DNA from: the human T2T-CHM13v2.0 reference genome, Homo sapiens
Reading direction: 5' to 3' (one strand)
Length of the DNA: 64,000 nt
Assembly (NCBI RefSeq): GCF_009914755.1
Contig: NC_060925.1
Shown here in pieces: positions 38,941-52,800 of this stretch (the stretch's first letter is position 1; each line of letters starts with the position of its first letter). The notes below the pieces were generated by a model that was given only the letters and a program-made list of their open reading frames with translations, searched no databases and had not been told where the DNA came from. A program made the translations under genes and the position numbers.

Positions 38941-41900
38941 TTACTGAGAATTCTTCTGTCTAGCATAATATGAAGAAATCCCGTTTCCAACGAAGGCCTC
39001 AAAGGGGTCTGAATATCCACTTGCAGACTTTATAAACAGAGTGTTTACTAACTGCTCTATGAAAAGAAAGGTTAAACTCTGTGAGTTGAACACACACATC
39101 ACAAAGGAGTTTCTGAGAATCATTCTGTCTAGTTTTTCTACGAAGATATTTCCTTTTCTACTATTGACCTCAAAGCGGCTGAAATCTCCACTTGCAAATT
39201 CCACAAAAAGAGTGTTTCAAGTCTGCTCTGTGTAAAGGATCGTTCAACTCTGTGAGTTGAGTACACACAACACAAGGAAGTTACTGAGAATTCTTCTGTC
39301 TAGCAGAATATGAAGAAATCCCGTTTCCAACGAAGGCCTCAAGGAGGTCTGAATATCCACTTGCAGACTTTACAAACAGAGTGTTTCCTAACTGCTCTAT
39401 GAACAGAAAGGTTAAACTCTGTGAGTTGAACGCACACATCACAAAGGAGTTTCTGAGAATCATTCTGTCTAGTCTTTATACGAAGATATTTACTTTTCTA
39501 CCATTGACCTCAAAGCGGCGGAAATCTCCACTTGCAAATTCCACAAAAAGAGTGTTTCAAGTCTGCTCTGTGTAAAGGATCATTCAACTCTGTGAGTTGA
39601 ATAAACACAACACAAGGAAGTTACTGAGAATTCTTCTGTCTAGCAGAATATGAAGAAATCCCGTTTCCAACGAAGGCCTCAAGGAGGTCTGAATATCCAC
39701 TTGCAGACTTTTCAAACAGAGTGTTTCCTAACTGCTCTATGAAAAGAAAGGTTAAACTCTGTGAGTTGAACGCACACATCACAAAGGAGTTTATGAGAAT
39801 CATTCTGTCTAGTTTCTATAAGAAGATATTTCCTATTCTACCATTGACCTCAAAGCGGCTGAAATCTCCACTTGCAAATTCGACAAAAAGAGTGTTTCAA
39901 GCCTGCTCTCTGTAAAGGATCCTTCAACTCTGTGAGTTGAATACACACAACACAAGGAAGTTACTGAGAATTATTCTGTCTAGCATAATATGAAGAAATC
40001 CCGTTTCCAACGAAGGCCTCAAAGAGGTCTGAATATCCACTTGCAGACTTTACAAACAGAGTGTTTCCTAACTGCTCTATGAGAAGAAAAGTTAAACTCT
40101 GTGAGTTGAACGCACACATCACAAAAGATTTTCTGAGAATCATTCTGTCTAGTCTTTATATGAAGATAGTTTCCTTTTCTACCATTGACCTCAAAGCGGC
40201 TGAAATCTCCACTTGCAAATTCCACAAAAAGAGTGTTTCAAGTCTGCTCTGTGTAAAGGATCGTTCAACTCTGTGAGTTGAATACACACAACACAAGGAA
40301 GTTACTGAGAATTCTTCTGTCTAGCAGAATATGAAGAAATCCCGTTTCCAACGAAGGCCACAAGATGTCAGAATATCCACTTACAGACTTTACAAACAGA
40401 GTGTTTCCTAACTGCTCTATGAACAGAAAGGTTAAACTCTGTGAGTTGAACGAACACATCACAACGCAGTTTGTGGGAATGATTCTGTCTAGTTTTGAAA
40501 CGAAGATATTTCCTTTTCTGCCGTTGACCTTAAAGCGCTTGAAATCTACACTTGCAAATTGCACAAATAGAGTGTTTCAAATCTGCTCTGTCTAAGGGAA
40601 CGTTCAACTCTGTGAGTTGAATGCACACAACACAAGGAAGTTACTGGGAATTATTCTGTCTAGCCTTACATGAAAAAAACCCGTTTCCAACGAAGGCCTC
40701 TAAGTGGTCAAAATATCCACGTGCAGACTTTACAAACAGAGTGTTTCCAAACCGCTGAATGAAAAGAAAAGTTAAACTCTGAGAGTTGAACGCACACATC
40801 ACGCAGCAGTTTCTGAGAATGATTCTGTCTAGTTTTTATACGAAGATATTTCCTTTTCTGCCTTTGGCCCCAAAGCGCTTGAAATCTCCACTGGCAAATT
40901 CCACAAAAACAGTGTTTCAAATCTGCTCTCTCTAAATGAAAGTTCAACTCTGTCAGTTGAATACACACAACACAAGGAAGTTACTGAGAATTCTTCTGTC
41001 TAGCATAATATGAAGAAATCCCGTTTCCAACGAAGGCCTCAAAGGGGTCTGAATATCCACTTGCAGACTTTATAAACAGAGTGTTTACTAACTGCTCTAT
41101 GAAAAGAATGGTTAAGCTCTGTGAGTTGAACACACACATCACAAAGGAGTTTCTGAGAATCATTCTGTCTAGTTTTTCTACGAAGATATTTCCTTTTCTA
41201 CTATTGACCTGAAAGCGGCTGAAATCTCCACTTGCAAATTCCACAAAAAGAGTGTTTCAAGTCTGCTCTGTGTAAAGGATCGTTCAACTCTGTGAGTTGA
41301 ATACACACAACACAAGGAAGTTACTGAGAATTCTTCTGTCTAGCAGAATATGAAGAAATCCCGTTTCCAACGAAGGCCTCAAGGAGGTATGAATATCCAC
41401 TTGCAGACTTTACAAACAGAGTGTTTCCTAACTGCTCTATGAAAAGAAAGGTTAAACTCTGTGAGTTGAACACACACATCACAAAGGAGTTTCTGAGAAT
41501 CATTCTGTCTAGTCTTTATACGAAGATATTTACTTTTCTACCATTGACCTCAAAGCGGCTGAAATCTCCACTTGCAATTTCCACAAAAAGAGTGTTTCAA
41601 GTCTGCTCTGTGTAAAGGATCATTCAACTCTGTGAGTTGAATAAACACAACACAAGGAAGTTACTGAGAATTCTTCTGTCTAGCAGAATATGAAGAAATC
41701 CCGTTTCCAACGAAGGCCTCAAGGAGGTCTGAATATCCACTTGCAGACTTTACAAACAGAGTGTTTCCTAACTGCTCTATGAAAAGAAAGGTTAAACTCT
41801 GTGAGTTGAACGCACACATCACAAAGGAGTTCATGAGAATCATTCTGTCTAGTTTCTATAAGAAGATATTTCCTATTCTACCGTTGACCTCAAAGCGGCT

Positions 41901-44900
41901 GAAATCTCCACTTGCAAATTCGACAAAAAGAGTGTTTCAAGCCTGCTCTCTGTAAAGGATCCTTCAACTCTGTGAGTTGAATACACACAACACAAGGAAG
42001 TTACTGAGAATTATTCTGTCTAGCATAATATGAAGAAATCCCGTTTCCAACGAAGGCCTCAAAGAGGTCTGAATATCCACTTGCAGACTTTACAAACAGA
42101 GTGTTTCCTAACTGCTCTATGAGAAGAAAAGTTAAACTCTGTGAGTTGAACGCACACATCACAAAAGATTTTCTGAGAATCATTCTGTCTAGTCTTTATA
42201 TGAAGATAGTTTCCTTTTCTACCATTGACCTCAAAGCGGCTGAAATCTCCACTTGCAAATTCCACAAAAAGAGTGTTTCAAGTCTGCTCTGTGTAAAGGA
42301 TCGTTCAACTCTGTGAGTTGAATACACACAACACAAGGAAGTTACTGAGAATTCTTCTGTCTAGCAGAATAGGAAGAAATCCCGTTTCCAACGAAGGCCA
42401 CAAGATGTCAGAATATCCACTTACAGACTTTACAAACAGAGTGTTTCCTAACTGCTCTATGAACAGAAAGGTTAAACTCTGTGAGTTGAACGAACACATC
42501 ACAACGCAGTTTGTGGGAATGATTGTGTCTAGTTTTGAAACGAAGATATTTCCTTTTCTGCCGTTGACCTTAAAGCGCTTGAAATCTACACTTGCAAATT
42601 GCACAAATAGAGTGTTTCAAATCTGCTCTGTCTAAGGGAACGTTCAACTCTGTGAGTTGAATGCACACAACACAAGGAAGTTACTGGGAATTCTTCTGTC
42701 TAGCCTTACATGAAAAAAACCCGTTTCCAACGAAGGCCTCTAAGTGGTCAAAATTTCCACGTGCAGACTTTACAAACAGAGTGTTTCCAAACCGCTGAAT
42801 GAAAAGAAAAGTTAAACTCTGAGAGTTGAACGCACACATCACGCAGCAGTTTCTGAGAATGATTCTGTCTAGTTTTTATACGAAGATATTTCCTTTTCTG
42901 CCTTTGGCCCCAAAGCGCTTGAAATCTCCACTTGCAAATTCCACAAAAACAGTGTTTCAAATCTGCTCTCTCTAAATGAAAGTTCAACTCTGTCAGTTGA
43001 ATACACACAACACAAGGAAGTTACTGAGAATTCTTCTGTCTAGCATAATATGAAGAAATCCCGTTTCCAACGAAGGCCTCAAAGGGGTCTGAATATCCAC
43101 TTGCAGACTTTATAAACAGAGTGTTTACTAACTGCTCTATGAAAAGAAAGGTTAAACTCTGTGAGTTGAACACACACATCACAAAGGAGTTTCTGAGAAT
43201 CATTCTGTCTAGTTTTTCTACGAAGATATTTCCTTTTCTACTATTGACCTCAAAGCGGCTGAAATCTCCACTTGCAAATTCCACAAAAAGAGTGTTTCAA
43301 GTCTGCTCTGTGTAAAGGATCGTTCAACTCTGTGAGTTGAATACACACAACACAAGGAAGTTACTGAGAATTCTTCTGTCTAGCAGAATATGAAGAAATC
43401 CCGTTTCCAACGAAGGCCTCAAGGAGGTCTGAATATCCACTTGCAGACTTTACAAACAGAGTGTTTCCTAACTGCTCTATGAACAGAAAGGTTAAACTCT
43501 GTGAGTTGAACGCACACATCACAAAGGAGTTTCTGAGAATCATTCTGTCTAGTCTTTATACGAAGATATTTACTTTTCTACCATTGACCTCAAAGCGGCT
43601 GAAATCTCCACTTGCAAATTCCACAAAAAGAGTGTTTCAAGTCTGCTCTGTGTAAAGGATCATTCAACTCTGTGAGTTGAATAAACACAACACAAGGAAG
43701 TTACTGAGAATTCTTCTGTCTAGCAGAATAGGAAGAAATCCCGTTTCCAACGAAGGCCTCAAGGAGGTCTGAATATCCACTTGCAGACTTTACAAACAGA
43801 GTGTTTCCTAACTGCTCTATGAAAAGAAAGGTTAAACTCTGTGAGTTGAACGCACACATCACAATGGAGTTTATGAGAATCATTCTGTCTAGTTTCTATA
43901 AGAAGATATTTCCTATTCTACCATTGACCTCAAAGCGGCTGAAATCTCCACTTGCAAATTCGACAAAAAGAGTGTTTCAAGCCTGCTCTCTGTAAAGGAT
44001 CCTTCAACTCTGTGAGTTGAATACACACAACACAAGGAAGTTACTGAGAATTATTCTGTCTACCATAATATGAAGAAATCCCGTTTCCAACGAAGGCCTC
44101 AAAGAGGTCTGAATATCCACTTGCAGACTTTACAAACAGAGTGTTTCCTAACTGCTCTATGAGAAGAAAAGTTAAACTCTGTGAGTTGAACGCACACATC
44201 ACAAAAGATTTTCTGAGAATCATTCTGTCTAGTCTTTATATGAAGGTAGTTTCCTTTTCTACCATTGACCTCAAAGCGGCTGAAATCTCCACTTGCAAAT
44301 TCCACAAAAAGAGTGTTTCAAGTCTGCTCTGTGTAAAGGATCGTTCAACTCTGTGAGTTGAATACACACAACACAAGGAAGTTACTGAGAATTCTTCTGT
44401 CTAGCAGAATAGGAAGAAATCCCGTTTCCAACGAAGGCCACAAGATGTCAGAATATCCACTTACAGACTTTACAAACAGAGTGTTTCCTAACTGCTCTAT
44501 GAACAGAAAGGTTAAACTCTGTGAGTTGAACGAACACATCACAACGCAGTTTGTGGGAATGATTCTGTCTAGTTTTGAAACGAAGATATTTCCTTTTCTG
44601 CCGTTGATCTTAAAGAGCATGAAAACTACACTTGCAAATTGCACAAATAGAGTGTTTCAAATCTGCTCTGTCTAAGGGAACGTTCAACTCTGTGAGTTGA
44701 ATGCACACAACACAAGGAAGTTACTGGGAATTCTTCTGTCTAGCCTTACATGAAAAAAAACCCGTTTCCAACGAAGGCCTCTAAGTGGTCAAAATTTCCA
44801 CGTGCAGAATTTACAAACAGAGTGTTTCCAAACCGCTGAATGAAAAGAAAAGTTAAACTCTGAGAGTTGAACGCACACATCACGCAGCAGTTTCTGAGAA

Positions 44901-45061
44901 TGATTCTGTCTAGTTTTTATACGAAGATATTTCCTTTTCTGCCTTTGGCCCCAAAGCGCTTGAAATCTCCACTTGCAAATTCCACAAAAACAGTGTTTCA
45001 AATCTGCTCTCTCTAAATGAAAGTTCAACTCTGTCAGTTGAATACACACAACACAAGGAAG
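38941..45061 (-). repeat. Three consecutive 12-mer variants A-D-E-F-G-H
   Basis: H markers at 38668, 40708, 42748 and 44789 give spacings of 2040, 2040 and 2041 bp; B and C dimers are absent. Confidence 0.87.
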
Positions 45062-48000
45062 TTACTGAGAATTCTTCTGTCTAGCATAATATGAAGAAAT
45101 CCCGTTTCCAACGAAGGCCTCAAAGGTGTCTGAATATCCACTTGCAGACTTTACAAACAGAGTGTTTCCTAACTGCTCTATGAAATGAAAAGTTAAACTC
45201 TGTGAGTTGAACGCACACATCACAAAGGAGTTTATGAGAATCATTCTGTCTAGTCTTTATACGAAGATATTTCCTTTTCTACCATTGACCTCAAAGCGGC
45301 TGAAATCTCCACTTGCAAATTCCACAAAAAGAGTGTTTCAAGTCCGCTCTGTGTAAAGGATCGTTCAACTCTGTGAGTTGAATACACACAACACAAGGAT
45401 GTTACTGCGAATTCTTCTGTCTAGCAGAATATGAAGAAATCCCGTTTCCAACGAAGGCCTCAAGGAGGTCTGAATATCCACTTGCAGACTTTACAAACAG
45501 AGTGTTTCCTAACTGCTCTATGAACAGAAAGGTTAAACTCTGTGAGTTGAACGCACACATCACAAAGGAGTTTCTGAGAATCATTCTGTCTAGTCTTCAT
45601 ACGAAGATATTTACTTTTCTACCATTGACCTCAAAGCGGCTGAAATCTCCACTTGCAAATTCCACAAAAAGAGTGTTTCAAGTCTGCTCTGTGTAAAGGA
45701 TCATTCAACTCTGTGAGTTGAATAAACACAACACAAGGAAGTTACTGAGAATTCTTCTGTCTAGCAGAATATGAAGAAATCCCGTTTCCAACGAAGGCCT
45801 CAAGGAGGTCTGAATATCCACTTGCAGACTTTACAAACAGAGTGTTTCCTAACTGCTCTATGAGAAGAAAAGTTAAACTCTGTGAGTTGAACGCACACAT
45901 CACAAAAGATTTTCTGAGAATCATTCTGTCTAGTCTTTATATGAAGATAGTTTCCTTTTCTACCATTGACCTCAAAGCGGCTGAAATCTCCACTTGCAAA
46001 TTCCACAAAAAGAGTGTTTCAAGTCTGCTCTGTGTAAAGGATCGTTCAACTCTGTGAGTTGAATACACACAACACAAGGAAGTTACTGAGAATTCTTCTG
46101 TCTAGCAGAATATGAAGAAATCCCGTTTCCAACGAAGGCCACAAGATGTCAGAATATCCACTTACAGACTTTACAAACAGAGTGTTTCCTAACTGCTCTA
46201 TGAACAGAAAGGTTAAACTCTGTGAGTTGAACGAACACATCACAACGCAGTTTGTGGGAATGATTCTGTCTAGTTTTGAAACGAAGATATTTCCTTTTCT
46301 GCCGTTGACCTTAAAGCGCTTGAAAACTACACTTGCAAATTGCACAAATAGAGTGTTTCAAATCTGCTCTGTCTAAGGGAACGTTCAACTCTGTGAGTTG
46401 AATGCACACAACACAAGGAAGTTACTGGGAATTCTTCTGTCTAGCCTTACATGAAAAAAACCCGTTTCCAACGAAGGCCTCTAAGTGGTCAAAATTTCCA
46501 CGTGCAGACTTTACAAACAGAGTGTTTCCAAACCGCTGAATGAAAAGAAAAGTTAAACTCTGAGAGTTGAACGCACACATTACGCAGCAGTTTCTGAGAA
46601 TGATTCTGTCTAGTTTTTATACGAAGATATTTCCTTTTCTGCCTTTGGCCCCAAAGCGCTTGAAATCTCCACTTGCAAATTCCACAAAAACAGTGTTTCA
46701 AATCTGCTCTCTCTAAATGATAGTTCAACTCTGTCAGTTGAATACACACAACACAAGGAAGTTACTGAGAATTCTTCTGTCTAGCATAATATGAAGAAAT
46801 CCCGTTTCCAACGAAGACCTCAAAGAGGTCTGAATATCCACTTGCAGACTTTATAAACAGAGTGTTTACTAACTGCTCTATGAAAAGAAACGTTAAACTC
46901 TGTGAGTTGAACACACACATCACAAAGGAGTTTCTGAGAATCGTTCTGTCTAGTTTCTATAGGAAGATATTTCTTATTCTACCATTGGCCTCAAAGCGGC
47001 TGAAATCTCCACTTGCAAATTCCACAAAAAGAATGTTTCAAGTCTGCTCTGTGTAAAGGATCGTTCAACTCTGTGAGTTGAATACACACAACACAAGGAA
47101 GTTACTGAGAATTCTTCTGTCTAGCATAATATGAAGAAATCCCGTTTCCAACGAAGGCCTCAAGGAGGTCTGAATATCCACTTGCAGACTTTACAAACAG
47201 AGTGTTTCCTAACAGCTCTATGAACAGAAAGGTTAAACTCTGTGAGTTGAACGCACACATCACAAAGGAGTTTCTGAGAATCATTCTGTCTAGTCATTAT
47301 ACGAAGATATTTACTTTTCTACCATTGACCTCAAAGCGGCTGAAATCTCCACTTGCAAATTCCACAAAAAGAGTGTTTCAAGTCTGCTCTGTGTAAAGGA
47401 TCATTCAACTCTGTGAGTTGAATAAACACAACACAAGGAAGTTACTGAGAATTCTTCTGTCTAGCAGAATATGAAGAAATCCCGTTTCCAACGAAGGCCT
47501 CAAGGAGGTCTGAATATCCACTTGCAGACTTTACAAACAGAGTGTTTCCTAACTGCTCTATGAAAAGAAATGTTAAACTCTGTGAGTTGAACGCACACAT
47601 CACAAAGGAGTTTCTGAGAATCGTTCTGTCTAGTTTCTATAGGAAGATAATTCCTATTCTACCATTGACCTCAAAGCGGCTGAAATCTCCACTTGCAAAT
47701 TCCACAAAAAGAATGTTTCAAGTCTGCTCTGTGTAAAGGATCGTTCAACTCTGTGAGTTGAATACACACAACACAAGGAAGTTACTGAGAATTATTCTGT
47801 CTAGCATAATATGAAGAAATCCCGTTTCCAACGAAGGCCTCAAAGAGGTCTGAATATCCACTTGCAGACTTTAAAAACAGAGTGTTTCCTAACTGCTCTA
47901 TGAAAAGAAAAGTTAAACTCTGTGAGTTGAACGCACACATCACAAAGGAGTTTATGAGAATCATTATGTCTAGTCTTTATACGAAGATATTTCCTTTTCT

Positions 48001-49820
48001 ACCATTGACCTCAAAGCGGCTGAAATCTCCACTTGCAAATTCCACAAAAAGAGTGTTTCAAGACTGCTCTGTGTAAAGGATCGTTCAACTCTGTCAGTTG
48101 AATACACACAACACAAGGAAGTTACTGAGAATTCTTCTGTCTAGCATAATATGAAGAAATCCCGTTTCCAACGAAGGCCTCAAAGGGGTCTGAATATCCA
48201 CTTGGAGACTTTATAAACAGAGTGTTTACTAACTGCTCTATGAAAAGAAAGGTTAAACTCTGTGAGTTGAACACACACATCACAAAGGAGTTTTTGAGAA
48301 TCATTCTGCCTAGTTTTTCTACGAAGATATTTCCTTTTCTACTATTGACCTCAAAGCGGCTGAAATCTCCACTTGCAAATTCCACAAAAAGAGTGTTTCA
48401 AGTCTGCTCTGTGTAAAGGATCGTTCAACTCTGTGAGTTGAATACACACAACACAAGGAAGTTACTGAGAATTCTTCTGTCTAGCAGAATATGAAGAAAT
48501 CCCGTTTCCAACGAAGGCCTCAAAGAGGTCTGAATATCCACTTGCAGACTTTACAAACAGAGTGTTTCCTAACTGCTCTATGAAAAGAAAGGTTAAACTC
48601 TGTGAGTTGAACGCACACATCACAAAGGAGTTTCTGAGAATCGTTCTGTCTAGTTTCTATAGGAAGATATTTCCTATTCTACCATTGACCTCAAAGCGGC
48701 TGAAATCTCCACTTGCAAATTCCACAAAAAGAATGTTTCAAGTCTGCTCTGTGTAAAGGATCGTTCAACTCTGTGAGTTGAATACACACAACACAAGGAA
48801 GTTACTGAGAATTCTTCTGTCTAGCAGAATAGGAAGAAATCCCGTTTCCAACGAAGGCCACAAGATGTCAGAATATCCACTTACAGACTTTACAAACAGA
48901 GTGTTTCCTAACTGCTCTATGAACAGAAAGGTTAAACTCTGTGAGTTGAACGAACACATCACAACGCAGTTTGTGGGAATGATTCTGTCTAGTTTTGAAA
49001 CGAAGATATTTCCTTTTCTGCCGTTGACCTTAAAGAGCTTGAAAACTACACTTGCAAATTGCACAAATAGAGTGTTTCAAATCTGCTCTGTCTAAGGGAA
49101 CGTTCAACTCTGTGAGTTGAATGCACACAACACAAGGAAGTTACTGGGAATTCTTCTGTCTAGCCTTACATGAAAAAAACCCGTTTCCAACGAAGGCCTC
49201 TAAGTGGTCAAAATATCCACGTGCAGTCTTTACAAACAGAGTGTTTCCAAACCGCTGAATGAAAAGAAAAGTTAAACTCTGAGAGTTGAACGCACACATC
49301 ACGCAGCAGTTTCTGAGAATGATTCTGTCTAGTTTTTATACGAAGATATTTCCTTTTCTGCCTTTGGCCCCAAAGCGCTTGAAATCTCCACTTGCAAATT
49401 CCACAAAAACAGTGTTTCAAATCTGCTCTCTCTAAGTGAAAGTTCAACTCTGTCAGTTGAATACACACAACACAAGGAAGTTACTGAGAATTCTTCTGTC
49501 TAGCATAATATGAAGAAATCCCGTTTCCAACGAAGGCCTCAAAGGGGTCTGAATATCCACTTGCAGACTTTATAAACAGAGTGTTTACTAACTGCTCTAT
49601 GAAAAGAAAGGTTGAACTCTGTGAGTTGAACACACACATCACAAAGGAGTTTCTGAGAATCATTCTGTCTAATTTTTCTACGAAGATATTTCCTTTTCTA
49701 CTATTGACCTCAAAGCGGCTGAAATCTCCACTTGCAAATTCTACAAATAGAGTGTTTCAAGTCTGCTCTGTGTAAAGGATCGTTCAACTCTGTGAGTTGA
49801 ATACACATAACACAAGGAAG

Positions 49821-52800
49821 TTACTGAGAATTCTTCTGTCTAGCAGAATATGAAGAAATCCCGTTTCCAACGAAGGCCTCAAAGAGGTCTGAATATCCAC
49901 TTGCAGACTTTAGAAACAGAGTGTTTCCTAACTGCTCTAGGAAAAGAAAGGTTAAACTCTGTGAGTTGAACGCACACATCACAAAGGAGTTTCTGAGAAT
50001 CATTCTGTCTAGTTTCTATAGGAAGATATTTCCTATTCTACCATTGACCTCAAAGCGGCTGAAATCTCCACTTGCAAATTCCACAAAAAGAGTGTTTCAA
50101 GTCTGCTCTGTGTAAAGGATCGTTCAACTCTGTGAGTTGAATACACACAACACAAGGAAGTTACTGAGAATTCTTCTGTCTAGCAGAATAGGAAGAAATA
50201 CCTTTTCCACCGAAGGCCTCAAGGAGGTCTGAATATCCACTTGCAGACTTTACAAACAGAGTGTTTCCTAACTGCTCTATGAACAGAAAGGTTAAACTCT
50301 GTGAGTTGAACGCACACATCACAAAGGAGTTTCTGAGAATCATTCTGTCTAGTCTCTATACGAAGATATTTCCTTTTCTACCATTGACCTCAAAGCGGTT
50401 GAAATCTCCACTTGCAAATTCCACAAAAAGAGTGTTTCAAGTCTGCTCTGTGTAAAGGATCGTACAACTCTGTGAGTTGAATACACACAACACAAGGAAG
50501 TTACTGAGAATTCTTCTGTCTAGCAGAATAGGAAGAAATCCCGTTTCCAACGAAGGCCTCAAAGAGGTCTGAATATCCACTTGCAGACTTTACAAACAGA
50601 GTGTTTCCTAACTGCTCTATGAAAAGAAAGGTTAAACTCTGTGAGTTGAACGCACACATCACAAAGGAGTTTCTGAGAATCATTCTGTCTAGTTTCTATA
50701 GGAAGATATTTCCTATTCTACCATTGACCTCAAAGCGGCTGAAATCTCCACTTGCAAATTCCTCAAAAAGAGTGTTTCAAGTCTGCTCTGTGTAAAGGAT
50801 CGTTCAACTCTGTGAGTTGAATACACACAACACAAGGAAGTTACTGAGAATTATTCTGTCTACCAGAATATGAAGAAATCCCGTTTCCAAAGAAAGCCTC
50901 AAGGAGGTCTGAATATCCACTTGCAGACTTTACAAACAGAGTGTTTCCTAACTGCTCTATGAACAGAAAGGTTAAACTCTGTGAGTTGAACGAACACATC
51001 ACAACGCAGTTTGTGGGAATGATTCTGTCTAGTTTTGAAACGAAGATATTTCCTTTTGTGCCATTGACCTTAAAGCGCTTGAAATCTACACTTGCAAATT
51101 GCACAAATAGAGTGTTTCAAATCTGCTCTGTCTAAGGGAACGTTCAACTCTGTGAGTTGAATGCACACAACACAAGGAAGTTACTGGGAATTCTTCTGTC
51201 TAGCCTTACATGAAAAAAACCCGTTTCCAACGTAGGCCTCAAAGAGGTCTGAATATCCACTTGCAGACTTTACAAACAGAGTGTTTCCTAACTGCTCTAT
51301 GAACAGAAAGGTTAAACTCTGTGAGTTGAACGCACACATCACAAAGGAGTTTCAGAGAATCGTTCTGTCTAGTTTCTATAGGAAGATATTTCCTATTCTA
51401 CCATTGACCTCAAAGCGGCTGAAATCTCCACTTGCAAATTCCACAAAAAGAATGTTTCAAGTCTGCTCTGTGTAAAGGATCGTTCAACTCTGTGAGTTGA
51501 ATACACACAACACAAGGAAGTTACTGAGAATTCTTCTGTCTAGCATAATATGAAGAAATCCCGTTTCCAACGAAGGCCTCAAAGAGGTCTGAATATCCAC
51601 TTGCAGACTTTACAAACAGAGTGTTTCCTCACTGCTCTATGAAAAGAAAAGTTAAACTCTGTGAGTTGAACGCACACATCACAAAGGAGTTTCTGAGAAT
51701 CATTCTGTCTAGTCTTTATACGAAGATATTTCCTTTTCTACCATTGACCTCAAAGCGGCTGAAATCTCCACTTGCAAATTCCACAAAAAGAGTGTTTCAA
51801 GTCTGCTCTGTGTAAAGGATCGTTCAACTCTGTGAGTTGAATACACACAACACAAGGAAGTTACTGAGAATTCTTCTGTCTGGCAGAATATGAAGAAATC
51901 CCGTTTCCAACGAAGGCCTCAAGGAGGTCTGAATATCCACTTGCAGACTTTACAAACAGAGTGTTTCCTAACAGCTCTATGAACAGAAAGGTTAAACTCT
52001 GTGAGTTGAACGCACACATCACAAAGGAGTTTCTGAGAATCATTCTGTCTAGTCTTTATACGAAGATATTTACTTTTCTACCATTGACCTCAAAGCGGCT
52101 GAAATCTCCACTTGCAAATTCCACAAAAAGAGTGTTTCAAGTCTGCTCTGTGTAAAGGATCATTCAACTATGTGAGTTGAATATACACAACACAAGGAAG
52201 TTACTGAGAATTCTTCTGTCTAGCAGAATATGAAGAAATCCCTTTTCCAACGAAGACCTCAAAGAGGTCTGAATATCCACTTGCAGACTTTACAAACAGA
52301 GTGTTTCCTAACTGCTCTATGAAAAGAAAGGTTAAACTCTGTGAGTTGAACGCACACATCACAAAGGAGTTTCTGAGAATCGTTCTGTCTAGTTTCTATA
52401 GGAAGATATTTCCTATTCTACCATTGACCTCAAAGCGGCTGAAATCTCCACTTGCAAATTCCACAAAAAGAATGTTTCAAGTCTGCTCTGTGTAAAGGAT
52501 CGTTCAACTCTGTGAGTTGAATACACACAACACAAGGAAGTTACTGAGAATTCTTCTGTCTACCATAATATGAAGAAATCCCGTTTCCAACGAAGGCCTC
52601 AAAGAGGTCTGAATATCCACTTGCAGACTTTACAAACAGAGTGTTTCCTAACTGCTCTATGAACAGAAAGGTTAAACTCTCTGAGTTGAACGCACACATC
52701 ACAAAGGAGTTTCTGAGAATCATTCTGTCTAGTCTTTATACGAAGATATTTCCTTTTCTACCATTGACCTCAAAGCGGCTGAAATCTCCACTTGCAAATT

